Below are positions 26,777-39,986 of a stretch of 64,000 nucleotides of DNA, piece by piece. Source of the stretch: Octopus vulgaris. Its lineage: Eukaryota. A model generated the notes under the pieces. That model ran no database searches, was not told the DNA's origin, and was given only the letters and a program-made list of their open reading frames with translations. A program made the translations under genes and the position numbers. Within the stretch, counting starts at the first letter, position 1; each line of letters starts with the position of its first letter. Where the stretch lies: positions 28,830,001 to 28,894,000 of the forward strand of contig OX597816.1 of NCBI GenBank assembly GCA_951406725.2. The letters are read 5' to 3'.

Positions 26777-28689
26777 ATGTGTGTGTGTGTGTGTGTGTAT
26801 GTGTCTTTGTGTGTATGTGCTTGCACAAGAGTTACACGTAAGCTTTTACAGTGCCCATACTCAGAAACAGCAAAGTTCGGTGAGATAGCAAGCTTTACAC
26901 CCAAACTTTTTCTGTTAACTAACAGGCAAGGGTCACCCTCATAAGATTAAACACCTGTACTCAGAATAGTAAATTTTTGAGGAATAGAGTTCTGATATTG
27001 CATGTTAACTGGGTGGTAAGTGGTAAAGACACCGACCTAAAATACGTTTACTCCAAAGATACAGTTATTTCCCTTTCCTTTGGAAAAGCTTAAAGTTTTT
27101 TATTAAAAATTTGCTCAATCTCGTATTTTCTCTCATTTTTTCCCGTATTTCCTGTCAGAGTATCCACGATATATAGCCTGAAGGATTTACAGATATTCCA
27201 CGGTATGTATAAATTTAAAGTAGCTTACCAGGGAATCATATGTTTATTTGGTGGTATTTCTCACCTTGGTCAATTGAGTACCAAATTTTGCCGTTCTTAT
27301 TAACAAGCAAGTGTGCACTGCGTATGCATGCGCGTGCACGTATAATGTCCATTTTTCACTGTATATCATTGTCTAATGTGATTAGAAATTGTCACATAAA
27401 CGTAATAATTTACACTTATTTCTATCTACATTACAAACTTTCGACTCTGCAAAACTGTGAAATTCAGCTGATAGAATTTATTGCTCCATATAAATTGATA
27501 TTGTCTTACACTATTTGGCATTTATATATTAACCTTTAAACGCCTCAGTGACGGACACTGTATAACCTCTATCCTGTTAATGTCTACATACAAATTTACG
27601 ATTTAATTCAATCGTTAATCACGAACACATTACCTCATAACCAACCTAAAACACATGTGCTCACACAAACAATGCATATAAATAAAATATTTAAAATATA
27701 TTTTATATAACGTAAATTTAATACCTTTGTTAGAGTAGCAACGTATATCAAATCACATTTAAGACTGGAGAGCTGTAGCTCCGAGAAATAGGCGAGAGAT
27801 CGTAATTTCACAAGAAAGTAAACATAGGATTTGTAGTGTCTATTCTTTGGCACGAGGTTACTCTTCTGCCGGATAGTTTTGTTTTATCTGTTTTCATTTT
27901 ATATTAATCGCATACCAGTTATTTTTTCCAAAACGACATGAAGTTCCCACATTTTTTTTTTGTAATATATAATTGTAATGTCTCCTCTCCTAGCGCCTCT
28001 GTTGAATTTAAGATAAAAATATTTCTTACAAATTGCTTAATCATCTTCATTATTATTTTCCGTTTTGCTATTCTATCATTCACATTTTTCATTAAACATT
28101 ACCGCTCATTTGATCAATAGTCAGTCAAACCAATTAGGTATTCAGGGACATGAAGGACCTACCGTACATACATAATTTTATACATTCGGATGCAAAATAG
28201 TTCAATGTCTTATATTGTAGACTACCAATATTTTATTTACCTATAATTCAAATATTACAATTCTTTACACGTGTCATATTGCTTCCATTGAATTTATGTA
28301 TATTTTCAGTTGATTAAATGTCTAGAACTACAGCCATACACGATTTTATCCGACAATCTAACATTTGCAACCACTTTGATAGGATTATATTCCTGATCTT
28401 CTTATCCAGCCACACGGTTTGTGTGCCATTAGATTAAATTGATGCTACTAGCAGAGATATAAGTTAGCAATGAATGAATGTAAAATAACATAATCTTAAA
28501 ATGTGCTATTCACAAATATAATGAATAAATTGCAAGTTCCAGAATGAGAGAAACGAGTAGAATATTTCTATAAACATTTTAAACTCTAAAATACGGACTG
28601 GATTTGAGAATGAGTAATTTATGCTTATTTTTTGAGAAGAATATTATAGAAAATTTGATCCAATTGAACATTAAACATTACTGTTTCTG

Positions 28690-28887
28690 CAGCGTGGGAG
28701 AGTTTATAAGCCATTTAAGAAACACACAAAACCGTTAGATTCACGTCAACATTTAAATTTAATTTGTCAAAATATTTTCGTCGCTTTGAGACCGCGACCT
28801 GTTCACTGACAAAGCTTCGTGTTGCAAGTCACTCAGATCGGTCTGCATCTCAGATCAAGTCACTCGCTATGCAAATACATCTTCGTA
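28690..28887 (-). mobile_element. Short PLE-like insertion (family H3) with 13-bp TSD
   Basis: TSD ATTACTGTTTCTG at 28677-28689 and 28888-28900; homologous to 45456-45590. Confidence 0.8.
28763..28813 (-). ncRNA. Minimal hammerhead ribozyme motif, G3-C8 core variant
   Basis: Minus strand: TTTGTCA-GTGAACA-G-GTCGC(9)GCGAC-GAAA-ATA-TTT-TGACAAA; 7-bp stem I, 5-bp stem II. Confidence 0.65.
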
Positions 28888-28984
28888 ATTACTGTTTCTG
28901 TTTTCAGACAAAAATTTTACGGAAATATTTTTTTTCTAACACAAGCAAGTAAACTATGCTAAACTATTTCCGCATACAAACCTC

Positions 28985-29148
28985 GTTACTACCTAATATG
29001 AGTGGACCCGACGCGCGAACCCGCGCCAATCAGCGGACACGCGCACCGCATGCACACGCGCTAGAGGGTAGACTAGTTAGCACCCGCGATAAAAAAAATC
29101 CCTCTACATATATAAATATGTGTCAACTGTAAATCGGAGTTGGGTGGG

Positions 29149-29221
<73 letters not shown>

Positions 29222-29276
29222 CCTACCTATCTATCTATCTATCTATTTATCTATCTCTATATATATATATATCTAC

Positions 29277-29308
<32 letters not shown>

Positions 29309-29323
29309 ATATATATATATATA

Positions 29324-29357
<34 letters not shown>

Positions 29358-30549
29358 ACTATCTAATAAAATAGATAACCGACTGAATGAATCAAATTTT
29401 ATTCCTCTGACGTATTTATGATCACGATAAGTCTCCATAAATATGTCATGTGATATAGCAGGTCTTTCAGAAGCATCAGTGATACAATGGTATCATTATA
29501 TGAGAGAGATAGCAAGTTTACCATCTTGTATGTAATCCTTACTAAGTTGGAGGAATTGGGCACATCGTCGAAATAGACGGATCTTTGAGGTTCAAAAGAA
29601 AGTATAATAGAGGTAGAATGCTACAGGTGTGGTGGGTTTTTGGAGAATGGGACAGAGAAGGCAAAATAAAATGTTTGGTGTTTGTGAATGATCGTTTCTC
29701 TGACACTATGCTCCCCCAAATCAGAAAGTATATAAACCAGGAACAGCTATCTATTCTGATTGTTGGAGTGGATCCAATGGAATAGCTGAAATTGATGTCG
29801 GACCACGGCATTCCCATTTGAAAGTGATGCGTAGAGAAAACTTTGTGGATCCAGTTACTAACGTGCGTACCAACTCAGTTGAATGTTACTGTAAAAATGC
29901 AAAAAGTAGATTGAAAAGTATGATGGGAGGAGACACAAAAATGATTGAATCTCATCTAGATGAGTTTCTTTGGAGGGAAAAGTATGGGAAAACTGAAAAT
30001 ATATGCTTATGGAACATTCTAAAAGATTATTTACATTTGACGGATATTTGTCCTCATCTTGTTTGTTGTTAACAACAAACAAGATGAGGACTAATATCCG
30101 TCAAATGTAAATAATGTACATAATATATATAATTCCTCATCTCTTAAATATAGAACTGTATTCTAAAACATCTTTCAGAATGGTTCACTTTTGAATAACA
30201 TTTTATTTCATTATTTTCACTTTTCTTAATGACTATATTTGAATAAGATTTTATTTCAAAATTTGTTTTATTCTCACTTTTCTATATGACTACTTTTGTG
30301 TAACATTTTATTTCAATTTCAAAATTTGTTTTATTTTCATTCATTCACTCGGTTGTGTGTTTTATTAGATAGATAGATAGATAAATTCCACCCACCTCCG
30401 ATTTACAGTTTTCACATATTTATACATGTGAAGAGTTTGTTTTGATCGTGGGTGCTGACTACTCTATTAAGTAGCGCGTGTGCGTATGGTTCACGCGTCC
30501 GCTAACAGCAAGGGTGCACGTGGTTGCTCCTCTCTTCTTATGTAGTACC
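28985..30549 (+). mobile_element. Merlin (IS1016/ISXO2-like) DNA transposon, internally deleted and degenerate
   Basis: 8-bp TSD CAAACCTC (28977-28984, 30550-30557); long imperfect TIRs; VEIDGS, RKYNRGR..WVFG, ENFVDP...TNSVE, HLDEFLWRE. Confidence 0.93.
30025..30159 (+). mobile_element. Palindromic PLE-type mini-insertion (3' end of the 38438 element) nested in Merlin
   Basis: 45-bp arms centred on GTTAAC (30070/30071) plus unpaired tail; TSD ATTCTAAAA at 30016-30024 and 30160-30168; removal restores LWNILK-HLSEWFTFE*. Confidence 0.85.
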
Positions 30550-31612
30550 CAAACCTCTTTATTAAAAGATCATTTTTGTAGAAGCCGATCGCCCATACTT
30601 CACTGAATCATAACTCATTAATCTAGTATATTCCCGAGGGCATGCCATTTTGTTCCTGATTCCCAGACATTTCGTTTATCACATTTACTTTTTTTCAATT
30701 TTGCGATAATCAAGAACGAATAATTTTCACTGTTGGCAGCGAAGGAACATTTTTGGGCAGACATATACCCCGGTTTTCTGTTTTCTTTTTTTATTTTGCA
30801 TGATTAATCGCACCTAATTTCAAATTTAGTTGTGTATAATAGAATCTATTCTTTAGAAATCTTGAGGGAATTATACGTTGGTTGTGTATGATAGAATCCC
30901 TAAAATATCGTGAATGAATTCAATAATGGAATGAAACTAAACAAATTATTTTTGCTCTCCACGCTTTGAATAGTATACTTCGGCATTCCTTAACATACTT
31001 GACGATAAGCACGTGCCAGTCTACCGGGTAACTAGTAAACATTGAAAAACCGATTTAGCGATTATAGAGATAATTGCATTAAGAGCTTTGATTCGTCGAC
31101 TGCAATTCACGTTAGGAATCCAAGACAAGAACTAAACACGATTATATTTTTTAAAGCAAGTACGCTTAAAATTCTTCAATATAGAAGTCGGTTTTATTTT
31201 ACAGTGTATCAAAGAACAGTCGTTGCGAATTTCCAAAGTATTTCAATCTTATCAATTCCTGTAATTAATTTCGTATTTTTAAAGAACTATCATAAATAAT
31301 CATGTTGTATAAGACAACAATACTACTATTTTTTATGAATAATATCTTTAAATTAAGTGTACTATCCTTATACAAATATAGCAAAGTGGGGCTTGCTTAT
31401 ATTACATATACATATAAATTACTTATATCATTAGTATATTACATATATTATCCATACCTTTAGTTTATAAGACTGAAGCAGATTTTAATATGGAGAATTT
31501 GGGGGTAAAATATATACGTTATATATATATAGAAATTATATTGACCCTTACATAAGTGCAGTCATACTATGTCAACTAACAAATTAGTACCATGAATATA
31601 GCTTTCATATTC

Positions 31613-32295
31613 AAACAGTTTACTAAATATACTTAATATGCATTGCATTACCATAAATATTAAATTGATCGAATCATTAAATTTAATAATTTAAATATTA
31701 CATTGACCCTAAGTGGGTGCAGATATAATGATTCCCCCAACAGATTACACTTTCAATCCTACATAGTAAACTCTAATTTTACAAATATCTCCTTGTAAGT
31801 ACAACTACCATAATACGTAGGTACGTGTACACATATAGTTGTTTGTCTATTATTACCACTATTCGAATTATATTTGTTATCTAGGATGTAAAATCCAACA
31901 TTATTTTAGCAGTTTATTTATATATATATATAAACCCGGAACCATGAAAATCCAACATTATTTTAGCAGTTTATTTATATATATATATAAATAAACTGCT
32001 AAAATAATGTTGGATTTTACATCCTAGATAACAAATATAATTCGAATAGTGGTAATAATAGACAAACAACTATATGTGTACACGTACCTACGTATTATGG
32101 CAGTCGTACTTACAAGGAGATATTTGTAAAATTAGAGTTTACTATGTAGGATTGAAAGTGTAATCTGTTGGGGGAATCATTATATCTGCACCCACTTAGG
32201 GTCAATGTAATATTTAAATTATTAAATTTAATGATTCGATCAATTTAATATTTATGGTAATGCAATGCATATTAAGTATATTTAGTAAACTGTTT
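31613..32295. repeat. Near-perfect ~320-bp inverted duplication with templated insert
   Basis: 31613-31931 is the reverse complement of ~31980-32295; two mismatches noticed. Confidence 0.95.
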
Positions 32296-32851
32296 ATATG
32301 TTTGTGTGTCTGTGTTTGTCCTCCCCCAACATCACTTGACAACCGATGCTGGTGTGTTTATGTCCCCGTAACTTAGCGGTTCGACAAAAAACCGATAGAC
32401 TAAGTACTAGGCTTACAAAGAATAAGTCCTGCCGCCGATGTGCTCGACTAAAGGCGGTGCTCCAGCATGGCCGTAGTCAAATGACTCAAACAAGTAAAAG
32501 AGTAAAAGAATATATATATATATATTCTTTGTAAGCCTAGTACTTAGTCTATCGGTTTTTTGCCGAACCGCTAAGTTACGGGGACATAAACACACCAGCA
32601 TCGGTTGTCAAGTGATGTTGGGGGAGGACAAACACAGACACACAAACATATAAACACACATGCATACATACATGCATATATATATATATACACATGCGAC
32701 GGTCTTCTTTCAGTTTCCGTCTACCAAATCCACTAATAAGGTATTGTTCGGCCCGAGGCTATAGTAGAAGACACTTCCCCAAAGTGCCACGCATTGGGAC
32801 TGAACCCGGAACCATGAAGTTCGTAAGCAAGCTACTTACCACACAGCCACT
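32291..32851. mobile_element. SINE family A, folded back (3' half on + at 32291-32509, then minus copy 32524-32851)
   Basis: 32291-32422 is the near-exact reverse complement of 32524-32655. Confidence 0.9.
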
Positions 32852-33515
32852 CATATATTTATCTAATATCTGTACTAATTGCTTCCCATCGTTGTATTCA
32901 TATGACCGTATTTATCTATTTATTTCTCTTATGTTATGTCGAGAAGCTGCAGAATAACATAAGTAGCACCCTACCACTTATAACATACTCCTCTCACCGC
33001 ACCCTTTACTAATTTGCTTCTTTTTCTATTTTATTTACATATCCATTGAAACGGTTTGAATTTATGCCCTCAGTTCAAATATAATTTGCCAAATGTAGAG
33101 ATCGCTCGAATTAGACCTGTCCATTTGCGGATAATAGGTGGTGTTCTATTTAATATTTCTGTAAGCACACTATCATAAGAACACTATGGTAATATTTTGG
33201 ATAAATATCAACTAGGGTTATTTAAGTTAGCATAGGTGATGGCCTTTTATAAACATGTTAATATTTTCTTGCATTATTATTTATGCTAATTATTTTAAAC
33301 ATCTTTTAAAATATATTGCTTTCAACTTTGTATTGTAATAACCCGAAAAATGTTTTCCCTAGGCCATTGCTATATCACTATTTAACCTACAGACTTCAAA
33401 ACCCTATGGTGGAAGATTGTATGTTTTTAATATATTGGGCTTGCAGAGTTCTTCTCTAGGCGTTGTCTTCTTTCTTATTCCCTCTTCTTTTAATTAATTT
33501 TGGATGCTTTTGTAT

Positions 33516-33633
33516 TAACTCTGATGAAGCTCGGTGTTATAGTTCGAATATCCTATGAAGATGAAAAATATTGTTTTCGCAATTCTTTGTAGACACTCAG
33601 TGGCATCGGAAGCGGAAACGGCCGTAAGAATTA
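33516..33633 (+). ncRNA. Type-I hammerhead motif with canonical core and long stem II
   Basis: CTGATGA(33521)...GAAAC-GGCC-GTA; palindromic ACGGCCGT stem III; stem I is weak. Confidence 0.55.
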
Positions 33634-33748
33634 TGTCATATAAATGTTTTGTCATGTTTTGTATAAAAATAATAGGCTTTAGATGTGGCCCAATTGACTT
33701 GTTTCTTGATCTTAGGTTTTCCCTATTTTCTGACTACTTATATATATT

Positions 33749-33792
<44 letters not shown>

Positions 33793-33959
33793 AAATATGG
33801 GTGTTTAGTACATTGGTGATCTAAGCAAATAGGTACGCTAGGTAAGTGCTGTAACGGATTGACGGGGTTCCAATTCGTAACTGAGACAGAAGCTGTGGAT
33901 CCATTTTAGGTTTGCGATTTAGCATAACAAGCATATCACCTCATATAAACTCTTTTGCA

Positions 33960-36362
33960 TTATTTTAAAATTAGTTAATGTCTTACAGTTGTTTCTGGGA
34001 TATCCCGAATAATAAGTGAGTTTGCCTAAATATGGGATATTCCGTCGTGTGAGACAAGTAGAGAGCATATGAAAAATCTACACATGGAAACATTCAGATA
34101 AAAGATCTAGACAGGGAAAATTCGCAGATAATAAGTAATGAAATAGAAGAGTAGAGGAAGGAAATGAGAAACTGAAGTTCACTGTTCATATTTTAGAGTG
34201 TATGGATTTTAGTCCGGATGTGCCTAGGTAAAATCCAGACCAAATCCAGGTAGCATTACGGCATAGTATGAGTAGTGTTCACAGCATAAATATCCAGGGA
34301 ATATTTTGAAAGAAATGAGAACGGTGTGTTTGTGAGAGAATGGCCATAAAAGCGGATACGGAGGAAACTTGAGAGAGAAGGAGAAAGCGAAAGGAAGAGA
34401 AGGAAAGGGAAAGAGAGGATAACGAAGAAGGAGAGAGAGAAAAAGAGAGAGTAATAGAATAGCCTAAAGGGATAGAGAGAGGAGGAATGTAAGTGACATG
34501 GTATTAACAAGGATTGGTAGGAAGGATTGGATAGAAGAACAAAATAAAGAAATATAAAGATATAGAGTAAAATATAAAAGATAAAAGAGAAAAATAAATT
34601 ACTGAAAAATGTTAAAATAAAAATAAGAATAAATTGTGAAAATAAAGGTAGAGATAAAAGTAGAAAGGAAGAAGATAATGGAGGTCAAAATTTAAAAAAA
34701 AATATTTAAAAAAAGAATCAAGGAGAATAGGAAAATAAATTAAGAGTATAATAGATAAGATGCCAGCACTAATTCTCAAGTTGGGGCTGGAAGTCAAACA
34801 GTAAATATATGCATCTGTTCAATAGATGACCAGTTGGTGCTGGTCAGTAGCTACAAATATATTCCTACCTACGGAAGTATGAATATATTAAAGGATGAAA
34901 GGCGAAGCAGCAATGAATGGAAGAACCATTTAACTATTTAGTTCTTTAGGAATAAAGGTTACAATTTAAGGTTTAGAGATCTAACAGGTTAAGGTTTAAA
35001 GTTTAGGAGAATAAAGTAAAATTCGCATATTATAGTAAAAACTTAACAGTTATATTTTGAGGGACTAATTTTGATGGAGAAGATAATGAAGGGATAGGCA
35101 GTGGTATATTATAACGTCCATAGAAATGTGCAAGTAAACTTTGTGTGCGGAATAAGTCTACAGTTGGATTTATGGAAAACTTTGTATTTACAAGTCCTGA
35201 ATGATTTGTCTTGTTTGTATTTAAATTTTGTTCATACTGTTTTACTCTTTTACTTGTTTCAGTCATTTGACTGCGGCCATGCAGGAGCACCGCCTTTAGT
35301 CGAGCAAATCGACCCTGGGACTTATTCTTTGTAAGCCTAGTACTTATTCTATCGGTCTCTTTTGCCGAACCGCAAAGTGACAGGGACGCAAACACACCAG
35401 CATCGGTTGTCAAGCAATGCTAGGGGGACAAACACAGACACACAAACATATACACACACACTTATATATATGTATACATATATACGACGGGTTCTTTCAG
35501 TTTCCGTCTACCAAATCCACTCACAAGGCATTGGTCGGCCCAGGGCTATAGCAGAAGACACTTGCCCAAGATGCTACGCAGTGGGACTGAACCCAGTACC
35601 ATGTGGTTGGTTAGCAAGCTACTTACCACACAGCCACTCCTGCGTCTATTAAAATTTTTTCTTTCTACTTTTATCTGTACACCTAATTTAACAATTTATT
35701 CTTTTTCTTATTTGCATTTTTATATGTAACTTTTTTCTATTCTTTTTTCTTTTCTATTTTTTACTCCATATTTTTATATTCCTTTTATTTTATTCTTCTC
35801 ACAAATCTTTCTGACTACCCTTTCACTTACTTTCCTTCTCTCTCTATCCCCACAGGCTACCGCATTTCTCTCTCACTCTCCTCATTATCCTCTCTCTTCT
35901 TTTCTTTCTCTTTCTTTCTCAATCTACTCTCTCAACTTTGCTTAATAGCCACTTTTATGGCCATTCTCTCAGAAGCCAGTGCTCTCAAAATGAACACACC
36001 ATTCCCATTAATGCTACAATATTGTCTGGGTATTTATTGTCTGAACACACTACTCTTACTCTGCCGGAATTCTGCCTGGAATTACTCTGGATTTGACTTA
36101 AGGGCATTCGGACTAACATTCGTATAAACTGAAATATGAGCAGTGAACATTTTTACCTTATTTCCTGAATTTCTCTTCTATTTCATTGCTTATCTGCGAA
36201 TTTTCCATGTCCACATCATTTATCTGAATATTTTCATGTCTAGATCCTTCATATATTCTCTACATGTCTTTCATGACGGCGTATCCCATATTCAGGTAAA
36301 CTCCCCTGTCATTTGGGATATCCGAGAAACAGCAGTAAGACTTCAACTAATTTAAGAATAAT
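33960..36362. mobile_element. Old inverted pLTR-like pair (arms ~33960-34650 and ~35680-36362), each with a degenerate hammerhead
   Basis: Arms are diverged reverse complements; motifs at 33980-34055(-) and 36266-36341(+): GTCT-core-CGG..TATCCCA/(T/C)GGGATA-GAAAC-A(G/A)C(A/T)-GTA-AGAC. Confidence 0.7.
35241..35645 (-). mobile_element. SINE family A
   Basis: Homologue of 71-479. Confidence 0.92.
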
Positions 36363-36421
36363 ATATAATAATATATATGACTTGTGATGCTTCTTATGCC
36401 TCAGCATTTGTTGTTCACTTT

Positions 36422-36458
<37 letters not shown>

Positions 36459-36522
36459 TCATAATAATAATAAAATGCCAACAAATGAATGAATGGGATT
36501 TCGATATTATGTAAACAGAGGA

Positions 36523-36591
<69 letters not shown>

Positions 36592-36643
36592 TAAGAAAAG
36601 GAGGAGGAGAATTTCAATTATTAGCACGTGATGAGTTGTGATG

Positions 36644-36691
<48 letters not shown>

Positions 36692-36699
36692 AAAGAAGG

Positions 36700-37058
36700 A
36701 AAATGCACACAATTTATATTGTTTTGATATCTATTTTACCATAAGCGAAACTGTATTGTGTTTGTCGACCGATTTCGATTTCGCTAATCATGACATTGGA
36801 ATTATTGTAATTTCGTATTTTTTTCAGACGATTTTAGTCTATATTCTTGGAAGAAAGTTTGTGAATGACGCCATAAATTCTTGATGATTCACTCACAAAC
36901 TTCCTTCGAAGAAAATGGACTAAAAACGTCTTAAGAAAATAAGAAATTACAATAATTTCAATGGTCATGATTAGCGGAACTGAAACCGATCGCCAAACGC
37001 AATACACTTTCACTTATTAGATATGCTAAAATATATATTAAAACTATGTAAACTGTGC

Positions 37059-37062
<4 letters not shown>
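36700..37062. mobile_element. Imperfect palindromic pLTR-like insertion between (TA)n tracts, two A3-U8 hammerhead motifs
   Basis: 36763-36795(-) TGTC-ATGATTA-GCGAAATC-GAAAT-CG-GTC-GACA; 36963-36995(+) GGTC-ATGATTA-GCGGAACT-GAAAC-CG-ATC-GCCA. Confidence 0.65.
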
Positions 37063-37137
<75 letters not shown>

Positions 37138-38437
37138 CATATATTGTTTAGGGAAGTGTTGCCTGAATTAAAATATACATTTAACATCAAACACACTATC
37201 TGTATGTTATAAGGCCAACATTTTTTGTAGCTTGAAAGAAGATTTGTTCAGGTCTTACATTTTTTAAATCATTTTCATATGGAAAAGGGTTAATATCGGC
37301 TAAATATATTTCTTCTTCTAAGAGAGAATTATTCTTTTAGTCATACAGAAATGAAGAAACAATCATGCCTTATGCATGAAGTCGTATAATTCTTACATGA
37401 ACCTCTGTTATTTGGGATAGCAGCATTGTCGATATTCTCTTGCATGAGGATGGAGATTTACTTCACCACTTCTTGATAGATATCGATTGAAAATTAACTC
37501 TCAAATTATAGTTACCAAAACAATATGATCAAAAAATAATTTCAGATGCGCGCGAGGGAGTGAGGGGAGAGAGAGGGGGATAGAAAGGGAAAGAAGGAGA
37601 GCGAAAGCATGTAGAAGTGAGGAATGTGAGGGAGAAAGAGAAAGAGAGACATAGATAGAGAGAGAACGGAAAAGAGAAGATTGAGAGAGGAGACAGAGAT
37701 GGAGAGTGAGAGACAGACAGAGAGTGCTGTGATGAATAGAGAAGATTGCCGAAATTGGACAAAAAGAGTATCTAGCTTATCAGACGTGTATTGGGAAAAA
37801 AACAAACAACTTCCTCTGTTGATTTAATGAGACGTTTACTGATTCTATCAATTTGCATTCGAATTATTAAAATAACCAATAGTTTAGACGTGGAAGATAT
37901 CGTTATGTGAAATCCAAATTTAGATGTAAAATCAATGATTTAAAAGAATCACTTTATCGACTTAGACATCTGCCAAATTCTAATTCCACGTCAATATACT
38001 TCTATTTGTGAGCACATTAAAACAGGAAATTTAAATAATTTGTATAAAGTTCTGTTAAGAAAATTACCTGATATACTAATTATGTCGATCCCTCTGCCTA
38101 CAGATAGCTTTCCGTATCAGCATTTACAGATTAAAAAAGCCCAATATTGATGCTGTCTTCTATTCTATGATTGAAACTATCACGATCTTTGAAAGTAAAC
38201 AGATATCCTGGAAAGTCCCAGTTTATAGTTTGAATGTGTATCTTCAAATGTGTAGCTTCATATGAAAATATATGCGTCTTAAACACTGCACATTTCTAAA
38301 GCTTTTAATCTTTGATACTTTACAAATAATCAGTAAAGATTTATTTTTAATAAAATGTAAATCCATACCACATGAGTTCTAGTGTCGTGGCTGATGACCC
38401 CGTTAGTTGCTGAGCGTGAAGAAAACAAGACAGATTT

Positions 38438-38776
38438 CAGGTCTATAATTAAGAGATGGGGAATTATGTATATTATTTACATCATTTACATTATTTACAT
38501 ATGCCGAAAATATGTCTTCATCTTGTTTGTACGGGCATATGGCATAGTGGTTTAGAGCGCAGGCTACTTACCCCAAGATTCCGAGTTCGATTCCAAGCAG
38601 GGACCTGAATAATAATAATAATAATAATGACATCGAAAAATACCTTAGGAATGAGAACCCAGGTTCGAAATTACCCCAAGACACCAGATGAAGGCTGGAG
38701 GGTATATCAGCCGAAATGTTGGGTTAACAACAAACGAGATGAGGACAAATATCCGTCAAATGTAAATAATGTAAAT
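38438..38776 (+). mobile_element. tRNA-headed, hammerhead-containing short retroelement with PLE-type inverted end and 14-bp TSD
   Basis: TSD AACAAGACAGATTT (38424-38437, 38777-38790); A-box TGGCATAGTGG 38540, B-box GAGTTCGATTCC 38583; hammerhead-like 38681-38725; 38438-38530 is an inverted copy of the 3' end. Confidence 0.85.
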
Positions 38777-39475
38777 AACAAGACAGATTTGTTTCACATC
38801 AAAGCATTTACAGTAAAGTATGTATTTGAGGAGGGGTGACTTTATCAAAGCTTTTAGGATATGATAACTGTTTAGGAGGGGGTAACAATATGAAAGCATT
38901 TAACTATGTTAAAATATATGTTTTTAATATTAAATCATGCAGTAGGGGTAATGGAAAATTCTTTATTGTCTTCGTTTATTATTCCTTGTTGCAAAATTAT
39001 TTGCAACTGACAGAAATGTTTTAAGTTCCAAGCATAGGTCTATTGTTTTGTGCTGATTACAACTGAGCAGTGTATAAATTAGCTATTAACTAAATATATA
39101 CGGCTGGCAACTTTTTACGAAAGCATTCTGTGTTCAACGGTTTAACGGTTTTTGATCTGTAGTTCGGTGGTTACGTTCCTGTTGTCGTTAACGCCCAATT
39201 GACACGGAAATCATGTGATGCTACAATCACACCTGCTGCTGTCGGCAAAATTTCGTCAACCGATAAATCTATGCTTTTTCAGCCTATGTACGATATAATT
39301 GTTCAGCACAATTATCTCTGTCTATGGCGATCTTGCCAAAAGATTCAAGGTGATTTGGTTGCGAATCTATGAGTAAAAATGTTCCCGCTAGTAGTAGATA
39401 GCTTTTTGGATAATGTAAAACACTGTTGTCTATAATAGATAAATATGTGGGTGTGTATATGTATATATATATATC

Positions 39476-39986
<511 letters not shown>

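Noticed and set aside
31005-31036. Helitron-like 3' terminus (GC-rich stretch then CTAGT)
   Set aside because: Hairpin is poor; no matching 5' end or second copy
33050-33300. Possible PLE GIY-YIG C-terminal relic on the minus strand (also 37200-37480)
   Set aside because: Similarity too faint to support without an HMM search
38533-38605. Functional tRNA gene (also the heads at 71 and 7888)
   Set aside because: A/B boxes are present, but no clean acceptor stem or oligo-T terminator is seen and each runs into a repeat body
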